Of a DNA stretch of 64,000 bases, positions 55,925 to 64,000 are shown one piece after another. Position numbers and translations under genes: made by a program. The notes beneath the pieces are model-generated. The model did no database searches, was not told where the DNA came from, and worked only from the letters and a program-made list of their open reading frames with translations. How positions within the stretch are numbered: position 1 is the stretch's first letter; each line of letters starts with the position of its first letter. The stretch is taken from positions 64,588 to 128,587 of the forward strand of contig JADKBN010000013.1 of NCBI GenBank assembly GCA_016715065.1, read 5' to 3'. The stretch is from Fibrobacterota bacterium (lineage in GTDB: Bacteria; Fibrobacterota; Fibrobacteria; UBA5070).

Positions 55925-56463
55925 CGGGGACTCCCGCAGAGTTGGCGCATGGACGATCCTCCGGAGGGATCGCTCCAGCGCAGGAGCCGCCATTCGGAGG
56001 GGTTGGCGCGCCGCACGGTCCAGCGGGATCCCTGCTGCATGGCCAAGGTATCGATCATGAGGTCGGCCCGCACCCGTTCCAATCGGTAATCCAGCGCCAA
56101 CACGACCGTGTCGGACGAAGAGGTCGTAGACGACGCGGTGGAGGTGGGATTCGAATTCCACCAGCGCAACTGGCTTCCCGGCATGGCGGAGGCGATGCGC
56201 TGGACGCACACCTGGAGCCCGACCTGGTCCATGTCCGTCTGCAGGGGGTCGGCCAAGGAGACCGGATCTCCCAGCAGGTTGCCCAGAAGGCTCGGGTCCT
56301 TCGCTTGGAGCATTTCGCCAAAGCGCTGCGGCATCTGCTGGGCGGTGGTCGCAAATTGTCCGGTGCCCGAGCTCGGCGGCTCGGGACTCGAAGGGGCGAA
56401 CGGATCCCAGCAGCCGGTCAGCGAGGCCGTGGCGAGGCACAGGGCGATCTTCAGAATGTCCAT
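55921..56463 (-). CDS. Small hypothetical lipoprotein, 180 aa, with a Ser/Thr-rich stretch
   Basis: The lipobox in MDILKIALCLATASLTGC is ASLTGC. It overlaps the upstream beta-barrel gene by 13 nt. Confidence 0.5.
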   Translation of the reverse strand: MDILKIALCLATASLTGCWDPFAPSSPEPPSSGTGQFATTAQQMPQRFGEMLQAKDPSLLGNLLGDPVSLADPLQTDMDQVGLQVCVQRIASAMPGSQLRWWNSNPTSTASSTTSSSDTVVLALDYRLERVRADLMIDTLAMQQGSRWTVRRANPSEWRLLRWSDPSGGSSMRQLCGSPR

Positions 56464-58280
56464 TGGGCCTCCCCTCGCGCGACCCAGGAATCGTCTCCCG
56501 GGTCGTTCCATTGGTGTCCGGCTCCGATCGAAGCGGCCAGCGACGCGGACTGCCAGGAGGCGTCGATGCCCAGTCGCGAGGTCGTGGATCGGTCCGGATC
56601 CATCCACGCGGTTCCATCCCAGCTGCGGCTGCGCTCCAGATGCCAGCGGCCCCACGGGCCCAGCGAGATCTCTTCGTTCAAGGGAATGCTTCCGGAGAGG
56701 GCCACCGACCAATCGTCCTGGATGCGATCGGGGGCGAAAGATTCCGAAAGCAGCGCGCCGGTCTTGACCGTGCCGCTGCTGAAGCGCACCACGGTCCAAG
56801 GTTCGTCGTGCGGTCCGGTCTCCAGCCCCACCGACCATCCGAGGTCCAGAAGGCCGGAGGCGCGATCGGAATCGAACCGCCAGGTATTTCGCTGCTCGCG
56901 GCCCCAGGCGCCGAGCAGCGGTCGGAAAATGTCATGCAACGGCAAGGATGCGTCGCCGGAGAGCCGGTTTTCGCGACGGCTGGAGGTGCGCACCGACTGG
57001 CTGGCGCGCGGAAAGACGTCTTCCTGCAGGAGCGTGGTCCAACTGGCCAGGGGGCGGTCCGACGGCGCGAAGGAGGATGACCGGACCGTGAAGGTGAGCA
57101 TCCGCACCGACAGATCCTCGTCGGGTCGGTCGCTCGACAGGGGCGACTCGTTGTTGAGATGGCGGACCTCGGCGAGGGACTGCTGGGCCACAACAAAAAT
57201 CGACCACGAGGTGTCGGGCGAGATCCACTGCAACGAATCGGCAAGCCGAAGGGTGCGGGTCTCGTCGTCGTTTTTCCGGTCTTCTCCGGCCCACAAGTCG
57301 GGCGTTCCCGCCAACGGCGAGGTCCACCAGCTTCGGGACTCCAGCTCCAGCTCCAGGCGATGGCCATGGGAAAGTCCCCGAGCGATGGGGCTGGACATCC
57401 CGACCGCACCCAGGGAAGACTGTCTTTCCAGGCCAGGGGACCGGCACGTCGCGTCGTTGTGGATGGCGCGTTCCCATCCCCCTTCGAGCAACCAGGATTG
57501 TCTGCCCAGGCGCACCGTCCAATCGGCGCTCCCCGAGGCATTGCCTTCCGTGAGGTTGGCGGACAACCGACTGGAGCGCAGGCGCAGGGTGTCCCACCCG
57601 ACGCGGACTCGCAGGGAGTCGGAGCCGTCGCCAGCAACGGATGCGGCCGCACCGGCGGAAATGGCCGCGCGCGACCACCGCAATCGCGAGGGTACAAGAT
57701 CTTGAAGGAGGTACACTTGCGCGAAGGGCGAAAGCTCGGAGGTGCCCTGCCAAGCCAGTTCCAGTCCGCCTTGGGCATTGGTGCCACCCGAACCGGCCTT
57801 TTCTCCGGGCTCCAGCGGCTGGGTGACGGATCCTGGATCCTGTGCTTCGGCCAGGATCCCGCTCAAAAGCCCGCCTTCAAGTGAAGCCGCAGACCATCTC
57901 CATCTGGCCAGCCCCTGGGCGAGCCAGGCGTGTTCCGAGATGGATGGGTCGGTAGCGCCCAGTCCCCTGGTGTGGGCAAGGAGCCTGCCCGAGGCATCGA
58001 AGTCTCCTTTGGTCCAGATGGCTTGGAGAGTCTTTTCGCCGGAAGCGTCCGTGCTGGGATCCCTTCTCAGCAAAACGGTGTCCCAAATGACCAGCGTGGA
58101 ATCGCCGAAGTCACGAAACACGGCTTTGGCCCCACCCCGGGTCCGGTCGTTTTCGGAGGCCATCTGCACCGAGATCCCGGGCTCGAGAAACGAGGGCGTG
58201 GCGAACAGGGAATCCAGCGGCAGGGCCTCGGCCGCGGCGCAGGCTCCCAAGATGTACGCGATGGACGTTGCCCTGGCCAA
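56451..58280 (-). CDS. Putative outer-membrane beta-barrel protein, 609 aa
   Basis: The signal peptide is MARATSIAYILGACAAAEA. Amphipathic segments alternate and are rich in W/R/S/G. The C-terminus ...ARGEAQWTF ends in an aromatic residue, as an OMP signature does. Confidence 0.55.
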   Translation of the reverse strand: MARATSIAYILGACAAAEALPLDSLFATPSFLEPGISVQMASENDRTRGGAKAVFRDFGDSTLVIWDTVLLRRDPSTDASGEKTLQAIWTKGDFDASGRLLAHTRGLGATDPSISEHAWLAQGLARWRWSAASLEGGLLSGILAEAQDPGSVTQPLEPGEKAGSGGTNAQGGLELAWQGTSELSPFAQVYLLQDLVPSRLRWSRAAISAGAAASVAGDGSDSLRVRVGWDTLRLRSSRLSANLTEGNASGSADWTVRLGRQSWLLEGGWERAIHNDATCRSPGLERQSSLGAVGMSSPIARGLSHGHRLELELESRSWWTSPLAGTPDLWAGEDRKNDDETRTLRLADSLQWISPDTSWSIFVVAQQSLAEVRHLNNESPLSSDRPDEDLSVRMLTFTVRSSSFAPSDRPLASWTTLLQEDVFPRASQSVRTSSRRENRLSGDASLPLHDIFRPLLGAWGREQRNTWRFDSDRASGLLDLGWSVGLETGPHDEPWTVVRFSSGTVKTGALLSESFAPDRIQDDWSVALSGSIPLNEEISLGPWGRWHLERSRSWDGTAWMDPDRSTTSRLGIDASWQSASLAASIGAGHQWNDPGDDSWVARGEAQWTF

Positions 58281-58310
58281 GTGTGGAAAGCTAGCCTGGA
58301 ATCGGCGGGG

Positions 58311-59723
58311 TCAGCGGCGCGATCTGGAGTAGTCTTTCCAGATCCGGATCGGTTTGGTGGGGAACTTCGGGAAGGCGGTCACGGAGGCGTTTATCGTGGC
58401 CACCGATCGCCGGGCGGCGGAGGAGTTGACGGGCTGGATGGCTGAAAGTTCGGACCACATCGCATCGGCCAAGGTGTCGGGCCGACCACCAGGAAGAGTG
58501 CCGAACAGCAAGGTGATTTCGGCGTCGCGACGCACGGAGCGGACGAATCCGAGATTGGCGGAGGTCTGCTCGATGCTGTCGCGGTCGCCGAGGTTTCGGA
58601 TGGACAATTCGCGACCTTGCGCCCAATCTGACAAGAATTGGACTGCATCCGCGGAAGTCTCGAAGCGAATGCGTCCGGCCACCACGTGGTGCAGGGAATC
58701 CGTCGCGCGCCAGACCCAGAACCGGTCCCCCTTCCAAGAGGAGGTGTTCCACCTCGAAGAGGGCATGCGCCAGTACAGCATGGAGGCCAAGTAAACCTCG
58801 CCCAGTCGATCCGAGCCCAACGGGATCAGATTCGGATGGTTCTTGAAGCCGGTTTCCGGCCATTCGGAAAAACTCTGCGCGGCGGTGCCCGCCAAGGGGT
58901 GCAGCATCCGTTTGGTGGTGCGGGGGGGATCGCGGTACAGCGCGTCGATCGCGCTCCAGCCCGCGTGCTTGCGCTGGTCGTGGATGGACCATTCGCCCAC
59001 CCAGTAATAGCTGAACACGGGAAGTGTCGTCACCAATGGAGATCCCGGATGACCCAAGGACACATCGGAGAAGGCATCGCTCAGCGAATATCGTTCGAAG
59101 GCGCCTTCGAAGCCCCGGGGAGTCCGGTCCTGGAGGGACCAAAGATCACCCAGGTATTCCGCTTCGCCTTCGACCACATGCATGGACGCCAAGTCTTCAT
59201 CCATGCTTGCGATTTCGCCAAAGGCCTCGGGGAAGTTGAGGTCCTGCATGGCGTGGGCGAGTTCATGTGCCATCAGAGAATATGTTCGCCAATCCGGACG
59301 AGAGGGATCCTCCACCATCCAGAATTTTCCGGTTCCGGAGATGTAGAACCCTTCGACATTGGCCGAATCGAAGGCGCGCCGGTTGTTTTCCACCGAGCCC
59401 ATCGGAGCCATCAGATCCAGCGCCACGTAGATCTCCGTTTCGGTGGGGTGCGGTCCCGAACTCGTATCCGGAGAGTAGCTGGAGGACCCCTCGATGGAAT
59501 CGAGAACGACCATCAAGCGAGGGCGCTTCACCCAACTGGAAATGACCGGTGCGTCGAAGGGCAATTCACGAAGCCTGGAAAGGTCTTGCTGGATACCTCG
59601 GACGGCGCGTTGCAAGCTGGCGTTGTCTCCTTGGATCAAGCCCTCCGGTTCCGGCGCCGTGCCGCTTTCGCAGGCGACCAAACCCAAAACGCCGATCAAA
59701 GCGAAGGCTGAAGGTAGGCGCAT
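58311..59723 (-). CDS. Zn-metalloprotease-like lipoprotein (HExxH), 470 aa
   Basis: The lipobox is GLVACES. The motif is SLMAHELAHAMQD. The start is the Met of MRLPSAF, 79 aa into ORF 58311..59957. Confidence 0.65.
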   Translation of the reverse strand: MRLPSAFALIGVLGLVACESGTAPEPEGLIQGDNASLQRAVRGIQQDLSRLRELPFDAPVISSWVKRPRLMVVLDSIEGSSSYSPDTSSGPHPTETEIYVALDLMAPMGSVENNRRAFDSANVEGFYISGTGKFWMVEDPSRPDWRTYSLMAHELAHAMQDLNFPEAFGEIASMDEDLASMHVVEGEAEYLGDLWSLQDRTPRGFEGAFERYSLSDAFSDVSLGHPGSPLVTTLPVFSYYWVGEWSIHDQRKHAGWSAIDALYRDPPRTTKRMLHPLAGTAAQSFSEWPETGFKNHPNLIPLGSDRLGEVYLASMLYWRMPSSRWNTSSWKGDRFWVWRATDSLHHVVAGRIRFETSADAVQFLSDWAQGRELSIRNLGDRDSIEQTSANLGFVRSVRRDAEITLLFGTLPGGRPDTLADAMWSELSAIQPVNSSAARRSVATINASVTAFPKFPTKPIRIWKDYSRSRR

Positions 59724-59778
59724 CGGGTGGGACTCCTTGGTCGGGCCTAGACCCGACCCTTGTTCGGTCGATGGATGC

Positions 59779-62256
59779 TCAATCGAGGTGTTCGAGGGTC
59801 GCGCCGGAAGGCTCCACCACCACCGTGGTCCGGCAGCTTGAACCGATGGGGGTCTGGTCGCGGGCGATCCGGTGGAGGATGGAGGCGAAGACATCGAGCA
59901 ATCCGAGGCGATCCCAGGTATCCGGAGCGCACGTGGTGTCGCGGAGGCGAAACACAACGTGCAGCACCGGGCGACTCACCCCCAGGTAGGTGGAGTATTC
60001 GGTGGAGTGGGTGATTTCCTGGAGGGAATCCACCACGGGACGCTTGGCCTCGGCGGGATCCCACAAAAACTGGTGGAGCGCGTCGCGCATGCGTCGGGCA
60101 TCCAGCAGGCCCTGGAAGTGCCCGCTGGCGAAGGCAAGGAGCTTGGTGAGCGGACCCACGCGAGGGCCTGGGCGATGGATGGGGCTGGGGCGGGTGAGCG
60201 TGAAGGCGACGGCTCGATCCGGCAGCGTGGGTTTGCCATCCAAGGCAGCGAAAGGAGGAACGGCCTCGTTCGGGCGGTTTCCGTCGCAACAAAGAGCTTC
60301 TGGCGAGAGGTACTCCGCCTCGAAAGGATGGGACGGGTCGGGGTGGCCCACGGTGAGGGCCACGAGGGGCTTGCCATTCACGTCCGAACGACGATGGATC
60401 TGGAAATACCGCTGGCCGCTCTGGGAGTGGCGGTAGGCGGAAAAACGGCGGTAGCGGATGTTGCGCACCGGGTGGGATTGCGTCAGCCCGTCCACGCGCA
60501 CCACGTCGAGGACTTCGCGGGTGGGTGGGCCCAGGGGGCGAAGGATCTTTTCCGAACGGTCGTGCTCCCAGGCGAGGGTTTGGCAGGTTTCCAGGTAACG
60601 ATTGACGGAAATCGTGCAGTGGAGGCGGAAATTGTCCATCGAGACCGCGCGCGACATCCCTCGGGGAAAGCCGCCCTCGAAGTGGAGGCGGACGGCCAGT
60701 TCGGGATGCTCACCCACCGAAAACGAGCCCAGGCCGCATAGATCGACGAACCGGAACCTCTCGTCGCAGCACAGGAAATCGCGTGCATCGGCAAGCGGGG
60801 ATACCCCAGCGGCATCCTCGCCGTATCCCGGCGCGTCGTGGCGCTTGAAGCGGATCTGGTGGGTCGCGATCCAGGCTCCCGTGCCGGTGTGGACCTCCAT
60901 GCGGGCTTGGCGTCGAGTGAGGCCGTACCGCAACGACCACACCACGGGAGCGTCGCCATGCAAGAAAATCCGGATGCGATCGGGCCATTGTTGCGGTGTG
61001 CGGGAGGACTTCCACCCCAACCGCAGTTCCAAATGGGCGCGCCCCTGTTCGCCGGTCTCCACGCGCGCGTCTTGCACACAGAGGTGGTCCAGAACCAGGG
61101 ATTCGGTCGTGGAGAATCGGCAGTCGGCGGTCTCCTTGTCGGAGGGAAGCAGGGTGGTTCCCTGCTCGATGGTCGTTTCCCCTTCGCGCATGCGGGAGGG
61201 ATCGAACTGGGTGACGGTGACCGCGGGCAGAGGCTGTTCCAGGGGCCCCATCAAAAGCTCCAGCAGGTGGCCGGTGAGGCCGTCTTCTTCTGCCAGTGCG
61301 GCTTCGCGGGAGCGTGCAGTCAGAAACGTGAAACCATCGATCAGGCGCTCCACGTAGGGGTCGCGATCGTCCACTTTTTCCGGATCCAGAAGTCGGGCCG
61401 CTTCCGGGTACTCCACGGAAAACTCCCGACCTTCTTCCGCCAGTGCCCGGCTCTCCTGCACAAAGCGGGCGTGGATGGAGGGGCGGGTGGAGTCGGGGTC
61501 GTTCAACGGGCGAATTCCAGTTTCAGAAACCGGATGCCCAAGACGGTCATGGGGGCATCGAGGAGCTCCCCTACGGCAAAGCCGCAGAACCAGCCAGCGT
61601 CGTTTGCCGGCGCGATCTCCGATCATTCCGTATGGAACCAGGTGCAAACCGCCCGCGGCCGAGTCCACCATATGGAAGACAAGTCGCTGCGCGGAATCGG
61701 AAATGGAAAAGGGCGCGGATTCCCCGGATGAATCGGCGTCCGAGGTCCACTCGATGCTGTGGCGGGGCAGAGGCAGGAGCTTTTGCCCGAATCCTTGATT
61801 GATCCCGGACTTGGCCAGTTCACGGCTGATCTCCGACTGGTTTTCCTTCCAGAGGCAGCGCAGCAGATCCTTGCTTTTGGCGCACGCACCTTCGATGTAC
61901 GGGTCAAAGCGGGAATACTTGCGTTCGAACAGCTCGCGAGGTTGGTCGTTGAGCAGATCGTGGAAATCGACACCGTAGCGGAACATGCCCTGCTCGGGCA
62001 AGTACTCGGAGGAGGCGGTGGCGATCTGGCCTTCCGAGTTCCAACCGATCAACCGGGTCTGGCAGCAGGTGTCGTTGGGTTTGGCAAGATCCTCGAATCC
62101 GGTGCGATCCAGCACGGTGGACGGAAACGCGATCGCGCCGGCCCAACCGGGTGAATACGCCAGCGCCAAACTGCAAAGGAGGGTTTTCGTCCGCGTCAGC
62201 CTGGAAAGCCGCGCGGAGGAGGTGACGATGAGAGTTGGATGTCGCCAAGCGGGCAT
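59779..62256 (-). CDS. tssF: Single ORF with an N-terminal TssE-like (gp25 wedge) region, a roughly 75-aa linker and a full-length TssF (T6SS baseplate) region
   Basis: The TssF N-terminal signature is RDPYVERLIDGFTFLTARSREA...PAVTVTQFDP and the distal signature is FRLHCTISVN. A TssF-only start at TTG 61506 is possible. The TssE-like part reads FPSTVLDRTGFEDL...SEYLPEQGMFRYGVDFHDLLNDQP...RFDPYIEG. No stop separates the two. Alternative N-terminal starts are ATG 62256 and TTG 62169. Confidence 0.6.
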   Translation of the reverse strand: MPAWRHPTLIVTSSARLSRLTRTKTLLCSLALAYSPGWAGAIAFPSTVLDRTGFEDLAKPNDTCCQTRLIGWNSEGQIATASSEYLPEQGMFRYGVDFHDLLNDQPRELFERKYSRFDPYIEGACAKSKDLLRCLWKENQSEISRELAKSGINQGFGQKLLPLPRHSIEWTSDADSSGESAPFSISDSAQRLVFHMVDSAAGGLHLVPYGMIGDRAGKRRWLVLRLCRRGAPRCPHDRLGHPVSETGIRPLNDPDSTRPSIHARFVQESRALAEEGREFSVEYPEAARLLDPEKVDDRDPYVERLIDGFTFLTARSREAALAEEDGLTGHLLELLMGPLEQPLPAVTVTQFDPSRMREGETTIEQGTTLLPSDKETADCRFSTTESLVLDHLCVQDARVETGEQGRAHLELRLGWKSSRTPQQWPDRIRIFLHGDAPVVWSLRYGLTRRQARMEVHTGTGAWIATHQIRFKRHDAPGYGEDAAGVSPLADARDFLCCDERFRFVDLCGLGSFSVGEHPELAVRLHFEGGFPRGMSRAVSMDNFRLHCTISVNRYLETCQTLAWEHDRSEKILRPLGPPTREVLDVVRVDGLTQSHPVRNIRYRRFSAYRHSQSGQRYFQIHRRSDVNGKPLVALTVGHPDPSHPFEAEYLSPEALCCDGNRPNEAVPPFAALDGKPTLPDRAVAFTLTRPSPIHRPGPRVGPLTKLLAFASGHFQGLLDARRMRDALHQFLWDPAEAKRPVVDSLQEITHSTEYSTYLGVSRPVLHVVFRLRDTTCAPDTWDRLGLLDVFASILHRIARDQTPIGSSCRTTVVVEPSGATLEHLD

Positions 62257-62279
62257 GGCAAGGAAGATAACCAAGTTGG

Positions 62280-63915
62280 TTAGCGTTGGAAGTGAACCAA
62301 TCCAGCAGAATTGGCAAACAATGCGCTCGTAAGGAAAATCCAATCCTGGGGCATGGCCCGGCGCAGGATCAACAGATCCGACAGACTGCCCGTGAACCGA
62401 CGGGCGTCGGCATGGCGCCAGCCCATGACAAGACTGTCGCGCGGGAGGTCTGCCTGGTAGCGCAACCTGGTCGTGGTCGTCTGGCCCGTGGAGGTTCCGT
62501 CCATGAACCACTGGACGGCGGCGGAATCCGTGTTGGAAAGATCCAGGCGAGCGCACAGGATGGTCCATCGAGCGGAATCGAGCGGTTGTTCGGCGATGGA
62601 ATAGACATTGAATCCGGTGTCGGAGCGGGCCGTGAACGCCGGGTTCCAGCCGGCCTGTCGTGTCAGAGATTTGGGAGCCTGCATGAAAAAGTCCTTCTTG
62701 CCCGATCGCCACACGGAATCGCCCCACCCCAGGAACACCTTGCCTTTTTCCTGGGGTTTGAGTCTCCAGACCACCGTGAAGGAATGGTCGAAATCGACCT
62801 GGTCCCCTGCGGCGGAAAAGCCGGTGGTGCCGGCTCGGACAAAGCGCAAGCCACCCTCGGGATCGGAGGCTGGTGATCCGGTGATCACGCCATCGTCGCG
62901 CCCGGTAGAGGCATCGGCCGCACGCAGCCGGCCAAGCGGGTCCACGTAGAGACGATCCAGATTCCACACGCCGGCCCAGCCATGGGAGCCGGGAAAGACT
63001 TCGCCGGGGGAGGCGACGGATTCTGCCAGCGGATCGCCCCAGCGAACGCGCAGGGCCAACGCAAGGCGTCCAGGCTGGACCTTGGCCAGAGCGTCGGATG
63101 AGGGCGAATCGTCCCTCCCCTGGAAAACGATTCCACGAAAACGGCACCGCGCGCCCGTCTGGATCCACCACGCGCAGGTCCTGGCCGCGTTGCCGGGCGT
63201 TGTCGGAAACAAGGCACCATCCAAGCGCAACAGCACCGGCGGCACGAATCCACCGCGGCCGCCAAGCCGGAAAGCGAGCGGTGTCCACAGATACGCCAAC
63301 AGAATCTGTCCACAAGGGGCGTTCCGGCGAGGTTTGGATTCCGGCGACGGAATCCGATTCTCCCGGATGCAGCGCGGCCAGGACTTCCGCCGCGGTTTGT
63401 CTGGCGACGATGCTGGCCCGGATCTCGAGGCGTCCCGAGGGCATGGAGTCCAGTTGGAACCGTCCCAGCGAGTCCGTCCAGATGCCGCGTTCCAGGCCAC
63501 GGACCTGGATGCGGGCGCGAAATCTCGGCCTCGAGCCGAACGGAGCCGGAGAGCCTCGCGGACGGCGCCAGGCGGCAGGTGGCGATGGAAGACGAGCTGT
63601 CCAATCGGGCTTGTGCCAGGCCGGTGGCTCCGAGAGCCTCGATGCGCAATTCACCGGAGGGCCGAGGGATCCGAACCTGACCGGAGTCGTCGGTCAGCGT
63701 GTCGATGATGCCCTGGGACGCGTCAGTCGGGTCCATTCCTGGGCCAGATAGTCGGCAGGACGGATTCTGACTCTGGTCCGGGCCGCAGGCTGGCCATCGG
63801 CGCCCACCACCCGCACTTGCAAGCCGTTGGAGGTTTCGGAAGTGGATCCGCCCGCCTGGCGATCCAGGCCGCAAGACCACAGGCCGGCCATCGCCAAAAT
63901 CCAGACCCGCCTCAT
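62280..63915 (-). pseudogene. Lipoprotein gene broken by about three frameshifts. It has carboxypeptidase-regulatory-like domains and a C-terminal LamG/ConA-like domain. Its N-terminus is paralogous to the LRR lipoprotein
   Basis: The start MRRVWILAMAGLWSCG...LQVRVVGADGQPAARTRV (ORF 63694..63915) matches the LRR-protein N-terminus. Similarity continues in a second frame (TDDSGQVRIPRPSGELRIEA). It returns to the first frame (TDSLGRFQLDSMPSGRLEIRAS, LRVVDPDGRAVPF). It ends in a third frame with a LamG-like domain (ORF 62280..63500: FTVVWRLKP...GSLSDLLILRRAMPQDW). Confidence 0.5.
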
Positions 63916-64000
63916 CCTTTGGCCTTTCGGGGAAGCCGCTCGGCGCCACAGGTGAAGGGAAGATCTGGATGTTGACCTGGAAGACGCGCTGTCGGCCGGC

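Noticed and set aside
1-64000. CRISPR arrays, tRNA/rRNA genes, transposases, integrases, and toxin-antitoxin pairs
   Set aside because: I found no regularly spaced direct repeats, no tRNA-like cloverleaf candidates, and no DDE, tyrosine-recombinase or serine-recombinase motifs while reading both strands.

Overview
This is a 64 kb GC-rich chromosomal window. GC content looks like roughly two-thirds by eye; I did not compute it. It is densely coding on both strands. I can support about 46 genes. I found no rRNA, tRNA, CRISPR array, transposase or integrase. Many very long ORFs on the opposite strand of real genes are high-GC shadow ORFs and are ignored. Gene starts were taken from the ORF track and refined by hand; some are approximate (+/- a few nt).

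Gene content in order:
- A flotillin/SPFH gene followed 4 nt later by a 1623-aa protein carrying a MoxR/AAA_5-like AAA+ domain.
- A WYL regulator divergent from a small vWA protein, upstream of cydAB.
- Two paralogous lipoprotein genes flanking a DUF457 hydrolase; the second paralog is frameshifted.
- A family of secreted proteins with T9SS-type C-terminal sorting domains. One member is split in two by a roughly 1.05 kb AT-rich insertion.
- A GT2 glycosyltransferase and a three-gene operon of secreted proteins/lipoproteins.
- A clan GH-A glycoside hydrolase, an LRR lipoprotein and a TIGR02147-like HTH protein.
- pyrF, an extradiol dioxygenase, a TM2 protein and nadA.
- An RCC1/Ig-repeat lipoprotein and an ABC-F ATPase.
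- A 3152-aa adhesin-like protein. It has at least 10 tandem ~115-aa repeats of a motif I do not recognise, a fibro-slime/PA14-like domain, a vWA domain and Ig-like repeats.
- An M28 peptidase, a vWA lipoprotein, queE-queC, a hybrid histidine kinase, a CheX-like protein, a Cof hydrolase, thiG and a methyltransferase.
- A co-directional minus-strand cluster. A frameshifted lipoprotein is followed by one ORF containing TssE (gp25-like) and TssF (T6SS baseplate) regions with no stop between them. After that come a Zn-metalloprotease lipoprotein, an outer-membrane beta-barrel and two small lipoproteins. No other T6SS genes are visible.

Lineage signals are T9SS-type C-terminal domains, fibro-slime-like and TIGR02147-like families, and many lipoproteins. 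Together they suggest an FCB-group bacterium, possibly Fibrobacterota-like, that is unusually GC-rich.

The items most worth a second look are the flotillin plus AAA+ pair, the TssE-TssF-protease-outer-membrane cluster, the split gene with its AT-rich insertion, the giant repeat adhesin, a REP-like hairpin family at two loci, and several frameshifted paralogs.
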